From contig LSRY02000007.1 in assembly GCA_001643675.2 (NCBI GenBank), positions 992,001 to 1,056,000 of the forward strand: DNA of 64,000 bases. Reading direction: 5' to 3'. Shown piece by piece: positions 12,367 to 24,641 of this stretch. Under the pieces are notes generated by a model. That model was not told where the DNA came from and ran no database searches. It saw only the letters and a list, made by a program, of their open reading frames with translations. This DNA is from Monocercomonoides exilis PA203 (Eukaryota > Protista > Preaxostyla). The translations under genes were made by a program, and so were the position numbers. Position 1 is the first letter of the stretch, and each line of letters begins with the position of its first letter.

Positions 12367-13149
12367 TCACCCTTCAATGCAAAGTTTTACGGGAGCAACA
12401 AAATTTTCTTCACAACCACACGAGTTACTGCCACGAAGCATTTTCAACAAACCTTTTTCTCCAAAAGACTCTCCCCAAGCAGTTTGAAGGAGCCAATATT
12501 TCTTTTCTCCTTCAACACCCCATCCAAGTACTTTGGCCGCCACTTTTCCAACTTCATCACCTGTCTTATGCGTGTATACTCCACTTTTGTATTCAGATAA
12601 ATCTTTATACTCAATAAACGTTGTTGAAACAGGTCCATTTCTCATTATCTCTTCTTGAACATTTGCTGCAGTAAATTTTGTGATCGAATCTACCTTCCAT
12701 CTTTTTATTGGACTTTTGTTTTGACAAACTTTCCTGCAAAATGGAACTCTTCCATCACCAGACACCCATGGAAGGCATTCTTCAGTTGTAATTCCGCTTT
12801 GGCGAATATGAAGAAATTGATTTTCCCAATTACATTTGTTGCATTTATCATCAATTCTATTGCATGACACCATGTCTTGAATGGATAATGTTCCTTGGCT
12901 GCATCCAGATACTACCATTCTATCTTCAACAACGGAAGCTTGAATAAGAGCGCATGTCTGCCCACAGTTCGAGATCGATCTCACAGTGCGATTGATTTTC
13001 GGCCAATGATCCCTTGCATCAAACGTTTCTGGAATTGGATCAGAGAATTTCTTTGATATCAAGAAGAATATAACGAAGTTGATAAATCTAATCTAAATTG
13101 TTGAATTATTATAATATATTTTCAAAAATAACCACTTGCTACAAACCAT
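12367..13149 (-). CDS. Cathepsin B-like papain-family (C1A) protein, predicted catalytically inactive
   Basis: Papain-family motifs IPETFDARDHWP, LSIQDMVSC, EEIMRNGPV, YKSGVYTH, VLGWG and WGESFGEKG. The catalytic positions are substituted. ATG at 13149 is followed at once by a 54-nt intron (13146..13093), giving the N-terminus MIRFINFVIFFLISK. Confidence 0.85.
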
Positions 13150-13299
13150 TGCTATTTTGAAAAAAAATATAGAGAATATGACGAAATCTGAAAAGGTTGC
13201 GATTTCAATAATTTAATAAAGGGGATTGTTGTTGAAACTGTTAATACACTTTTTACCTTAGAAGGAATCTTTTACCATATTTAAAAGTTGTATTTATCC

Positions 13300-14350
13300 A
13301 TGTCAAACACATTTTATACGTTGATGTGGAAAGATGCAATCGACGAGGTGTGATTCTGATTGCTACAAATGACTTCAATAATTGTCTCTTTGCTTGCATA
13401 TTTCTTCATATTTGCTGAAACTACCAATGATAATCGTTTTAAATAGTTATTCGATCAACTTGGTTAGTCTTAAAATTATATCAACAGGCTTTAACGCGGA
13501 ATTTTATTTTTTATATTATTTTGATTTTAGAAATCGAAGTTCCAACTGACAAAGCACTTCTACCGAAAGACAACCAAGATAAATATCGATTTTTTGCGAC
13601 TTTATACGTTAGATACTTAAAGATATATAAAAAACTTGAAGAAGCCCAGGATAGAATTATTCATCCACAAAAGCGTCAAGAAGTCTTAAATTTACTTGAT
13701 GCAGTCATGGGAAGAATCATAGAAATTAAATATGTATGTGAATTAGCATATATTAGTATTAGTTTCATTTATGAAAATTTAGTTCTTAATGAAAGTGAGG
13801 CATTCGCCAGTTATTGATTTGGATGACATTTTGGTAAATCTTCATCTATGCTTTGACAGCCTAGAAGTGCCACCTCCACGCCACATACTCGACCACAGAA
13901 AAGAAAAGATAAGGCGTCAAACAGATCTTCTTGTTTGCCAGAATTGCATATTTTTGTTTAATAAGTCTAAATTTTGAATGAAAATAATGTATATTTAAAT
14001 AATCATTCGACTTTAATGTTATAATCAGCGCATCTTATCATCGAGATATGCAGCACCGCAGCCAGATGATATCGATGAATACTCTCCAGCAATCCTGTCA
14101 TTCGAAGAAGCGATTCTGATTATTCAAGCAGCTGAGCGTGGAAGACAAGGAAGAGAAAGAGCAGGCTTTTTGAAAGTTGACAGAGAAACTGCGATGGGCG
14201 GTGCAGTGACGATGAGCAGAAATGAAGCTGCAATTTTGATTCAGAAGACTTATAAGGGGTGGATTACAAGGCAGAAAGTGAAGGAAATGAGAAGGCAAGA
14301 AGCAATTCTTTTGGGTTTGTGTAAAATTTTGTTGATCGATATTTTAATTT

Positions 14351-14382
<32 letters not shown>

Positions 14383-16189
14383 TTATGCTTGCATGAACTG
14401 TTGATAAAATTATTTTCACAATAATGCTGTATTTTATTTTTAACATGTGACTTATAATGCTCAATAACTTGTTAAGGTTTATCACCTCCACCAACTCCAC
14501 CTGGATTAAAGGAAGAATTACATAGAGGATATTTGAAAGGAAAAGAGATTCAGAGGCAGCACGAAGAAGATGCAGAAAAGGAGAAGAAAAGGCAATTTGA
14601 CGGAGTTATGAAGAAGGAAGGCGAAAAGATGGCGGAAGAAATGAAGGCGAAAGTCAGGACATTCTGGGAGCAGACACGACTTGTATGACATCTCTTTTAT
14701 TATAACATACATTTATATATGCATTTATCTTCATATTTGAATTGACGTTTGCTTTGTGAATGTGAATGCTAACTTGTTTATTTGACATTGAATTGATTTC
14801 TCTTAAATATCTGTTGCATCTAACTTCACATTCTTCTCAATATTTTTTTTGAATCATTTTCCTTTCTTTCTATTATCCTCTCTCTTTCTCTCTCTCATTC
14901 TTATAAAAACACTTTATTAACGCTCAGCAAACTGGAAAGTTTCCTGAAGAGTATTTCCCCGATGAAGGTGGATCAAAGAAGTTTTTCCACCCAGAATTAT
15001 TCCCTGCAAAGCCTCCGGAGCCGGAAGAGGATCCGAAAAAAAAGAAGAAAGGGAAGAAAGGTGAGACAAAGAAGGAGACAAAATCGTCAAGCGACAAGAA
15101 GAAGAAGAAAGGAAAAGAAGAGGAAGATCCAAACAAACCAGAAGGCCCAATCAAAATACCGTTGTCATATGCTCTTCATCCCATGAGAAGCAGGTCTGTC
15201 TCATTATGATATTTATTTGAAAATTTTATTCTCTTGATTAATAAATATTTGCATTCATAATACTTTTGCTTTATAAACTTTTGATTTTCAATCTTTGAAT
15301 CACACAAAAATTTTGCTTTCCCCTCATTTAATAATTGTCTTGTTCATGTAATTCTTAAAAACAACTTCCAGTTTGGAGACATACACCGCCCTGTGGCAGC
15401 GTATGGACGAGAGCGAGAATCCGAGTCAAAAGCACATCTCATCCATCATCACAGTACAGCAGCGTCCAGAAGTAGAAGAGGCAGTGCGACAGCAGATTGA
15501 CATTCTACTGAAGGCAGAGCTGCAGAATCTGAGGGCAAGAGAAGAGGCTGAGGCAAATGCTGCACTTCTGGGAAAGAAGAAAAAGGGGAAGAAGAAGGGA
15601 AAGAAGAAGGGGAAGAAGGCATCGAAGAAAGGGAAGAAAGGGAAAGCGGTTGAGGAGGCGCCGCCTCCGATGACGTCTGAAGAGCTTGAAGTGCTCTTTG
15701 CGAAATATGTGATGATGGGCGTTGTTCAGGAGGTATGTTGCTTATTCTTCAATATAATATCTTGTTTTTTTTTTAAAAAAAAACCGTTATTTTATATTTT
15801 AATTTGTTTTGTCTTGTTTTGCTTTACTTGTTATTATTTGTCCAAAAAACAATAATATCCTCTTTCTTCCTTTTTCCTTTGAATAATGATTATCATAAAT
15901 GTCTATATTTCTTCCTCCTTTTTTTATTAATCTTCAGTGCCCTCAAGTGTCAGCTGCATCCATCATTGGTGACTGGGATACGCTCGGCTCTCTGAAGTTC
16001 CTCAATAAAATCTCTCGAAATCCCACAATGAACGAAATCAAAGCACTCTGCGTCGAGTTCTGCCTGTTTCCGCTGGCTATGTCGAAAGAAACGGTTTGCG
16101 TCATATAGAAGGAAAGGAGAAAGAGAAAATAAATAGGAAGTAATTTTATGATTCTGATGCTAATGTTTTCTTTATCTTTCATTCATTTT

Positions 16190-16269
<80 letters not shown>

Positions 16270-16270
16270 T

Positions 16271-16325
<55 letters not shown>

Positions 16326-16589
16326 CTCCCCTCCTTTTTGAAATAATTTGTTCCTGTCATACATTTTTCTGTTCATTAATGACTTCCTATGTCAATTTCC
16401 ATTGCTTTTTTTGCAGTTGGAGAACATCGTGCCTCCATCGAGCATTCTGCTGTATGGATCAAAAGGAGTGGGGAAAACAATGCTTGTACGCAGCTTGGCC
16501 ACTGCTGCCAATGCAACATTTTTGCAGCTCTCACCACATGTTTGTTGATAATATAGATATTTTTAAGAATAAGAATCAGAGAGAGAATG

Positions 16590-16636
<47 letters not shown>

Positions 16637-18270
16637 GAGAGATAGGAAGATAGAAAGGAGAACAGGAACTTTGAATATTTCTGGATTTTTAATTTTGTTA
16701 TCTTTTAGTGTTGCTTTATCTCTCTCTTTCTATTTTTCGTTCATTTATATTTTTTGAATATTATCACTTATCTTTGTATGACTTAACGTTCCGCTTTCTT
16801 TTTTTATTCTTTAAAATAAATTATTTTTCACTTCTTTTTTTTTGTCAGATTGTAGGTGAGCGAATGCAGCTGAATGGTGGCTTGATCAAAGAGGTGTTCC
16901 AGTTAGCCCGTGAACTGAGTCCAACTATTATTTATATCGATCGTGCTGAGCTCTACTTCCTGGCTTCGGCTTCTGGAAAAGGAAAGAAGAAGAAGAAGAA
17001 GAAGGCAAAGAAAGGAAGACCAGAAACTGGTTTGGGCTTTTTCTTTATATGAAAAAATGCTTTTCAGTTTTCTTTCATTATATTCATTTTTTTTTCAATT
17101 CATTTATTTTAATTGTATTTATTTTCTTTATAAAAATTCGTTTTGGAATCACTTTTTTGAATGAATCCATTTATTGCTATTATTTCGACCATTAGCTCCA
17201 ACACCGGAAAGCATTGAGCAACAACGTTTGGGCGCTATTGCTTCAGAATTCTTGGACTCTCTTCTTTTTGAGGTTTGTTTTTTTTACACATTTTAAACTT
17301 TTCAGTTGAATTAATTCTGTTTCATTGAAATAAAAATAACCGAAAATGACAATTGCTTTCTATTTGAACTCTTGTCTTTAATCAACAAAATATTGATTGT
17401 TATCATCATACAGATTCAATCTCTTGAGCCAGCTGACAGAGTCGTTGTGATTGGAGAGTCATCTGAGCCTTGGGGTGTGCTTTTGTTATCTTTCCATTCA
17501 GTTTCATTACAAAAAATGAAATTTCATATGAAAAAAAAATAATAATAAATTTTTCTTTGAAATTTTCAAACTCATTTCGAAGATGCAAATCCTGCTGCAA
17601 TCGGAGCTGCATTTAAGCTTCAGTTCCATGTGCCTCGGCCAAACCACTCTGCTCTTCTTGTATGAACTATATTATTTTCAGATTTCAAAATATTCGAAAT
17701 TATCAATTATTTTTTTAAACACATTTTCTGTTGAATTCACCAATGTGCAGAAACTATGGACACAATTCATTACAGACATGAAGGGTGTAATAACACCATC
17801 TCTTGATCTTTCCCTCTTAGCTCATCTTTCAGACTGGCATACACCTAAAACTGTTTGTTTTTTCCCTCTTATTAGCTTTGTTGACAATGTTAACAAACTT
17901 TGTTCTATTTAATCTGACATTACAAATAATTCACCTAATTATTCAAAAATTTTCAATTTTTCGCTAATTTTTCTTCAGATAAAATGGGTCTGCCGAGATA
18001 TTCTCACAACCTCTCGGCTTTCCCGGATGGCACTTGAGCCACTTACCACATCTGAATTCTCCAACAGACTGGCAAAGTACCCAACTTGCGAAGAAAGCGA
18101 AAAGAAAATCTGGGTTTGTTTTTGTTATTGGAAGGACAATTTTGAATTATCTTCGATGTTAATATTTTATTTTTTTAAAAATCTAATAGGAAATATTCAA
18201 ACCCGGCCTTCCAAAAATGGTGCCTGAATACATTGAAGTCGATCCTGATGCAAAGAAAAAGAAGAGATAG
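13300..18270 (+). CDS. IQCA1: IQ-motif and AAA-domain protein (IQCA1 / dynein regulatory complex subunit DRC11), many introns
   Basis: N-terminus MSNTFYTLMWKDAIDELFDQLE...LYVRYLKIYKKLEEAQDRIIHPQKR, IQ motif AAILIQKTYKGWITRQK, Lys-rich linkers and Walker A LLYGSKGVGKT. Stop TAG at 18268-18270. Includes a 16-nt exon at 13447..13462. Confidence 0.85.
16196..16328. repeat. Intronic (CT)n/(CTTT)n microsatellite
   Basis: Read directly from the sequence; lies inside an IQCA1 intron. Confidence 0.95.
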
Positions 18271-18547
18271 AATTTCTTTACTCATCTCACTTTTGTTTAT
18301 TTCTCTTCGATTGAAAAAACAACCTATTGATCATTGAACTTGTATCGTGTTTGCGTATTTTCAACAAAGAAATAGATGACTATAACATTAAATGAAAAGT
18401 GTGTTGTGAAATAAAAAAAGGATTCTTTTTGGCATATGCCTCAAAAAATAGGAAATAACAAGCATCGATTTGATTATGAAATGAAGTGAGAATGACATAT
18501 TATATCATTGATTTCAAAGTGAATTGTTCAACATCTGCACAAAGTTC

Positions 18548-19432
18548 CTAAAGTTTGGCTTTCCCGTCTCCAATTGCTTCTGCCAAACGAGGAGGCATCG
18601 CTGGTTTTGTTGGCTCTGGCTGATGCGCAAAAGACAGCGGCTCTCCAGTTACAGGGTTATATCCACTTCGATTTGCTGAATTATAAAGTGTTTGTTTTCT
18701 GACTTCTGACCTATAGCGCTTTCCTTCATCTGCATAACGAAGCCGATCTCCATCCAATGTATCTTTATATTCAAGCGTTACTGGATCATACGCTATTCTG
18801 AATTTGTGAATTGATTTATAAAAAATGAAATAAACCCACTTTCGGTTCAATATTTAAACATCAAACCCTGAAGTGTTCTTTTTTGTACCATGAGAAAGAG
18901 CGCGATGCTCTTCACTATCTTGCGTGCGTATCACTGTTTCCCAATGTTTTTTTTCTCTTTCAAGCTGTTCTTCGCTTAAAAGGATACAAATTAACTTCAA
19001 GCAAATGTGAAATAGGAAAACCATTTTTTAGCACGAATTTCTTCTGCTCTTCTTTTCTTTGCTTCTCTTTCTGCCTTATCCTCACTTGCAAAATCAGTTC
19101 CGAACCTGTCAGATTCTGTACCAATAAAAAAAACATAATTAACGTCAAATTATTATTTAAAAAAATCAAACCTGAAATATATAACTTTGGATGCTTCACA
19201 GCAGGAGTTATAATGTCAGCACTAACATCTGCCCTTGCATATCCTCCAGTTCGTTCAATTAATCTACTTTTTTCTAATTATTCAATTTTTCAACAAATAT
19301 CATCAGAATAATTTTTAACCCTAAAATACCTGTATAATCTTTAGTTGTTCTTTGAAGCTCTCGAGGCTTTGGTTGAATTGTTCGAACTGTGTATTGAGGA
19401 TGGCTTTGTTCTGTTTGAGGAGTTGAACTCAT
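18548..19432 (-). CDS. Small multi-exon uncharacterised protein with YDPVT/YNPVTGE motifs
   Basis: Exons from MSSTPQTEQSHPQYTVRTIQPKPRELQRTTKDYT to IAYDPVTLEYKDTLDGDRLRYADEGKRYRSEVRKQTLYNSANRSGYNPVTGE, separated by GT-AG introns. Confidence 0.7.
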
Positions 19433-19721
19433 TTTAATTGATGGTATATGATCATTTTTTGTTTTTTTTTGCAAAACAACTTTCAAAAAATTAATAAATA
19501 AAGAAAGCATTTCTTTCATAAATTTTCAATTGAAACAACTTAAAAAAATTATTTAAATACACATTATAAAAAATTGACATAATTATTTCAATAAAATACA
19601 ATTTTTAAATTCAACAATCTCATTCATTGTGATGTGTATCAGTTTCATGCTGACTTGAACGGTTAACAACAAAAAGTTAAAGTTTTCAAACAAAAATGAA
19701 ATAAAGAACGGTTCAATACTT

Positions 19722-22700
19722 CTATTTTCGTAGCATTGCTGCTTTCCTCCGTTGGGCTTCAATCCTTTCTTTAATGCTTGTCAAAACTTTGGAACACACT
19801 GCAAAAGAAGGTCTATCATTTGGATCTTGAGCCCAGCACTGCTGAAGCAGACGTGAATATTCTCCTAAAGTATCATCCATAGATGGAGGATACCGCTGAA
19901 ATGACATAAAAAAAATTGCATTGAAAAAAAAAAAAAATAAGATAATTCATTCAAAGAAAAGATAAAGCAAAAGAAGCAAACAGGAACAGAAGGTCTTTGG
20001 CCCGAGCAAATCAGATTCATCAGCTGAGGATTAGACAATCCGCGAAATGGCAGTTCTCTTTTCCACATCTCCCACATAATCATCCCAAACGAAAACACAT
20101 CGAGTTTTTCGTTCACTTTGCCCTCGCTGTATCCTTCAGGCGGTGTGTACTGAGGTGTGCCTTTGTGCAGAACAAGAGTCTGCGAATGATGCGTGATTTT
20201 TGAGAGCCCAAAATCTGAAATCATCAAGCGGAACGAACCAGACGATAGTTCATTCAGCTGAGGGTTTATCGGATAAAAGCAAAACACATTGAAAAGAGAA
20301 GAAAAGGAAAAGAAAAGGAAAGGAAGCAAAATTTATTAAAAATCTTTCAAGAAAAAATAGTTCAAAAAACAAGATTTCGGTACCAAGACATTCAAAGGCT
20401 TGAGATCCTTGTGGATGATCTTTTTGTAGTGAAGGAACGTCATTCCGCTTGCAATTTGATTGGCAAAGTCAACCATCGTGTATGCGTCCAGATTCTCTTT
20501 CGTCTCGTGAATGTACGAGTGAAGAGTCCCATGATTGGCATATTCCTTAATAGTAATAATAACAATAATAAAATTTAATAATAATAATAATAATAATTCC
20601 ATCAGCAAATGAGTGCAAAATCAATTAATATTTATTAAAAGAACAATTCATTCCCTTTTCAAAAAAAAAAAATCAAATAAAATAAAAAAAAAAAAAAAAA
20701 ATAAAAAATAAAATTAAAATCACTCTAAAATATCCTGTCAAATGCCAATTTTCATAATAATTTCCCATTCCACACAGCAATCAAACCATCACAATTCTCA
20801 TTGTCGGCGGAGGTGTATACCCAAAGAAATGGACAATATTCGGGTGTTGGCAATTTTGCATCAACGCAGCTTCTCTGAGGAAGTCCTTCATAATGTCCTG
20901 GTCCACACAGGAATTGAGTGTCTTCCAGGCAACAACAGCACCTGTGTAGTATCCTTTGTATACTTCGCCAAACCCGCCAGACCCAATCTTCACTCCGCCT
21001 GTGAGAAGCGTTTCGTCAATAGGTTGAATTGAGCTTATATGATAATCAACAGTATCTGGTGAAGAAGAAAGAAAGAAAGAAAATTGTTGAAAATAATTGA
21101 AAACAAGGTAATTGAGTCAAAAGTTAAAAATTTTTGATGAAGCAATGAAAAAAAATGTTCATTTAATAAATAGCATACGGTATATTTTCAATGCATCTTC
21201 TTTCTCTTTCTTTTTCCGTTCTTTCTCCATTTCACTTTCTTCTTCGTCTTCTTCGTCTTCTCCGCTTTCTGAAGTTGTGCTGCCAGACAAAGAGTCCCCT
21301 TCTTTCAAAGCAACATATGTCATTACACCGTCTGTTTTCCTGCTCCATTTTGCCCGAGGAATGAACGGGCGCTTTGATCCGTCATCAAAGATGATTTCAC
21401 CATGACCAGACAGCCCATCCCAAATCCCGTTGAAAGAAATGCGAAATGCTGTCACAAGGGTTCCTTCTCCTTTGGGCTTAACATTGAAAAAAAAAAAAAA
21501 AGAACAGTGAAGAATATGCGAAAATGAAAAGTATCAATGAAATTAAAAAAGTAGTTTTAAAAAAATCATGTTTTTTTCAATTTCATAAAAAAGTAATTAA
21601 AGCACGCGTGCATTACTTTCAAGAAAAAAGAGCATACAAGTCCTTTCTCGAAATTACCAGTAAATTGATCATTGTTGGCAAATGTGAACACTCCTCTTCC
21701 GCCTGCTTCTCCATCAGTCCAAACTCCCTCAAATACATCTCCATTTTTGTACCTTAGCTCTCCCTTTCCATGTTTGCGCGTGTCCTTCCATCCGCCAGTA
21801 TATACATCCCCGTTTGTGTAGTGAAATGTGCCTTGACCATTTGCAGCATTATCTCTCCAATCGCCTTCATAAAGACGTCCATCGCGGTAACTTAATTTTC
21901 CTTTTCAAAAGTATATGAAAATAAAAAATTGAAAAATTTTTGATGTCAAAAAATGATTCTCAAATTTTCAAAAATTAAATAATTGAAAAACCATATCCAG
22001 ATCTTTGGCCATTCACAAATGTTCCAGTGTATACGTTGCCGTTAGGATATTTCAAGCAACCATTCCCGTGTGACTTGTTAAAAACACATTCACAACCTTG
22101 AATCAAAGGAAAATATTAAAAATTCTTCATTACCTTGTCTTCTTTAAATTCACCTTCATATTCTCTTCCATCCTTTGATATTAAAATTCCCTTTCCATGC
22201 TTCAAACCTTCTTTCCACTCCCCAACATATTTTTCAAGTTCTTTTCCGTCTTCACCATATACAACCATTGTTCCTTCGCCATGGGGTTTCTGTCCTTTCC
22301 ATTCTCCTTCATAAACTGTCCGATCCACTTTCCTTATCATTTTTCCCTTTCCTTCTATTTTAAGTCCTGCCAATTCTCCCTCATAAACGTCTCCGTTTGG
22401 AAAAGTTAACTTCACTTAATCATATAAACCACAATTTTATAATGGTAGGATCTGGGAAAAATCAAACCGTTTCCAACGAATTGTCCTCTCTCAAACATTC
22501 CTTCATATTTTTTTCCTGAAGGATAAGTCAAGGTGCCTTTCCCATGAAATCTGAATTAAAATTTTTGACAAATGATGATGAATAAAACTTCAAAAAATAA
22601 CTATTCAGACAAATTTTCTTTCCATTCACCTTTATAATGTCGACCATCCTTGTATGAATATGAGCCACGCCCATGGCGCATGCCTCTAACCACTTCTCCC

Positions 22701-22859
22701 TGGTTAATATGTTTAAATTGAAATAATAAGGATTTAGAGAGATTTTCATCATATTAATTATGGACAAACATTATATTCGTCGCCATTTTCATATCTAAAA
22801 AAAGTGGCGCGCTTTGAATGTGAAGTTCTTGGATCACGAACGGAACTTAAAGTTGTCAT
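19722..22859 (-). CDS. MORN-repeat plus TKL-group protein kinase, many introns
   Basis: N-terminal MORN repeats (YEGEWKGQKPHGEG, YVGEWKEGLKHGKG). Kinase motifs IGSGGFGEVYKG, VAWK, HKDLKPLN, DFG, GTPQYTPPE, DVFSFGMIMWE and CWAQDPNDRPSF. Confidence 0.9.
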
Positions 22860-23289
22860 TTTCGAAATTTTTTATCTAACCCTTATTTTTTTTAATTTTT
22901 CTCACATCAAGTCGCCTGTTTTTCTTTAACAATAGGAAATAAAAAGAAATTGTTCTTGAAATATTTATTTAAAACAAACAAGCTACAGATAAGGAAACAT
23001 AACGATCCCAACAATCAAAGAGATTTCAAATTTGTTGAGGATAATTTGAAATACAGGTTGAAAAATCCAGATCGGGGTAACAAAACTCATTCCTTCATAA
23101 GATTAACAACAGAACATTTGCCTTAGAAAAAGCAAAGTGGAACATCTGGAGATAAATGTAGAGAGCAATGCGCCATATGGAATAATAAAAGGAAAAAAAA
23201 AAATTATATACGATTAACTTCAATAGCAATATTGTAAAAAAGATAACGAACTAAATAACAACAAAAAAATTGATAAAAAAAATTGAAAA

Positions 23290-23343
23290 AATAAAAATAA
23301 AAATAAAAATAAAAATAAAAATAAAAATAAAAATAAAAATAAT
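23290..23343. repeat. (AAAATA)n simple repeat
   Basis: Read directly from the sequence. Confidence 0.9.
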
Positions 23344-24028
23344 AACTTACAATTATTTTTATCCTGACACTAAGAAATAAAAAGCAATTTTTGCACTCAA
23401 AAGCCAAAAGAATGTTAGAATACTTTTATTTTTATTTTTCAAAGAACAGAAAAAGAAAAAGAAAAAGAAAAGAAAATAATTGGAGATTTAAAAAAAGGGG
23501 GGGAAAGAAAAGAAAAAGGGGAAATGTTCTTTTTCAATGTGAATAAAAAATACGAAATACGAAAAGATAATGATAAGATTAAGAAAATTTCAAAACTGCA
23601 AGCAAAAAATTAAAAAAAAAATGAACTTTATTTTCAACTTTTCTATTTGAGAATTCGAGAACAAGACAATTATCATATAGAATATAAACACACATAGAAT
23701 TAAAGAAAGACAGATAAAAACTGAAAAAAAATAAGAAAAGGAAAAAGTAAAGAAAAAAAGAAAAATTCAAAGAAAAAAGATAAAAAAAGATAAAAAAGAT
23801 TTAAAAAAAGAAAAAGAAAAAAGAAAAATAGCTGAAACTACAAACACAGGCCAGATAGATTCGGATACGCATTTAATAAACTGTAATGAAATAGACAAAA
23901 CAGAACAACTTTGTATTTAGCTCAAAACTTTCATGAACACAAAACAAATTGGTTAAAATAAAAGAATCATTAAAAAAATAAAATAAATAAAATAAATAAA
24001 GTTTAAAAGACAAAAAGCTATAAAGAAA

Positions 24029-24063
24029 ATGGAATATGGAATATGGAATATGGAATATGGAAT
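24029..24063. repeat. (ATGGAAT)n 7-bp tandem repeat, 5 copies
   Basis: Read directly from the sequence. Confidence 0.9.
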
Positions 24064-24641
24064 AATGCAACTATCAAGATATCAAAAGAATACAAAAAGA
24101 AATACAAATAAAAAAAAAAAAAAAAAAAAAAAAAACGAGTTTATTTCTTACAAAACGAGTTTTTCTCTTTCTTCCCTTCTCTTTCGAAATTTAACTTTCC
24201 TTTTCTCTTTCTTCTTTTCCTTTCTTCTTTCTTCTTTCTTCTTCTTTTATATTCAGACTCTGCAATAAGCAGTCAAACAAAAAACATTGTGAAAAACTCA
24301 TCAATTAATCAATCAACCTTCCTAAAAGCCAAAAAATAAAATAAAATAAAATAAATATAACTTTCTCATTCACATTATTCACTCAGCCACATATCCATTT
24401 ATCCATACGCAATTATTCAATCAATCAATCACACGCACACACATTCACACACACAATATAAGCAATAACAGCAATAATGATAATTACAATAATAACACGA
24501 CTAAAAACAGCAATAATGATAATGACAATGACATAAACAGCAATAAATCTCAACTTCATTGATTTATCCAAAAGATTAAAAAGAAAGAAAGAAGAAAGAA
24601 AAGAAAAGAAAAAGAAAGATATATCAAGAGATGTCAGCTAT

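Noticed and set aside
23041-23180. Possible structured ncRNA in a GC-richer intergenic patch downstream of DBP2
   Set aside because: Only short pairings (TCCAGAT/ATCTGGA, TTTGC/GCAAA) and no recognisable box motifs; it would need an Infernal/Rfam search or expression data.
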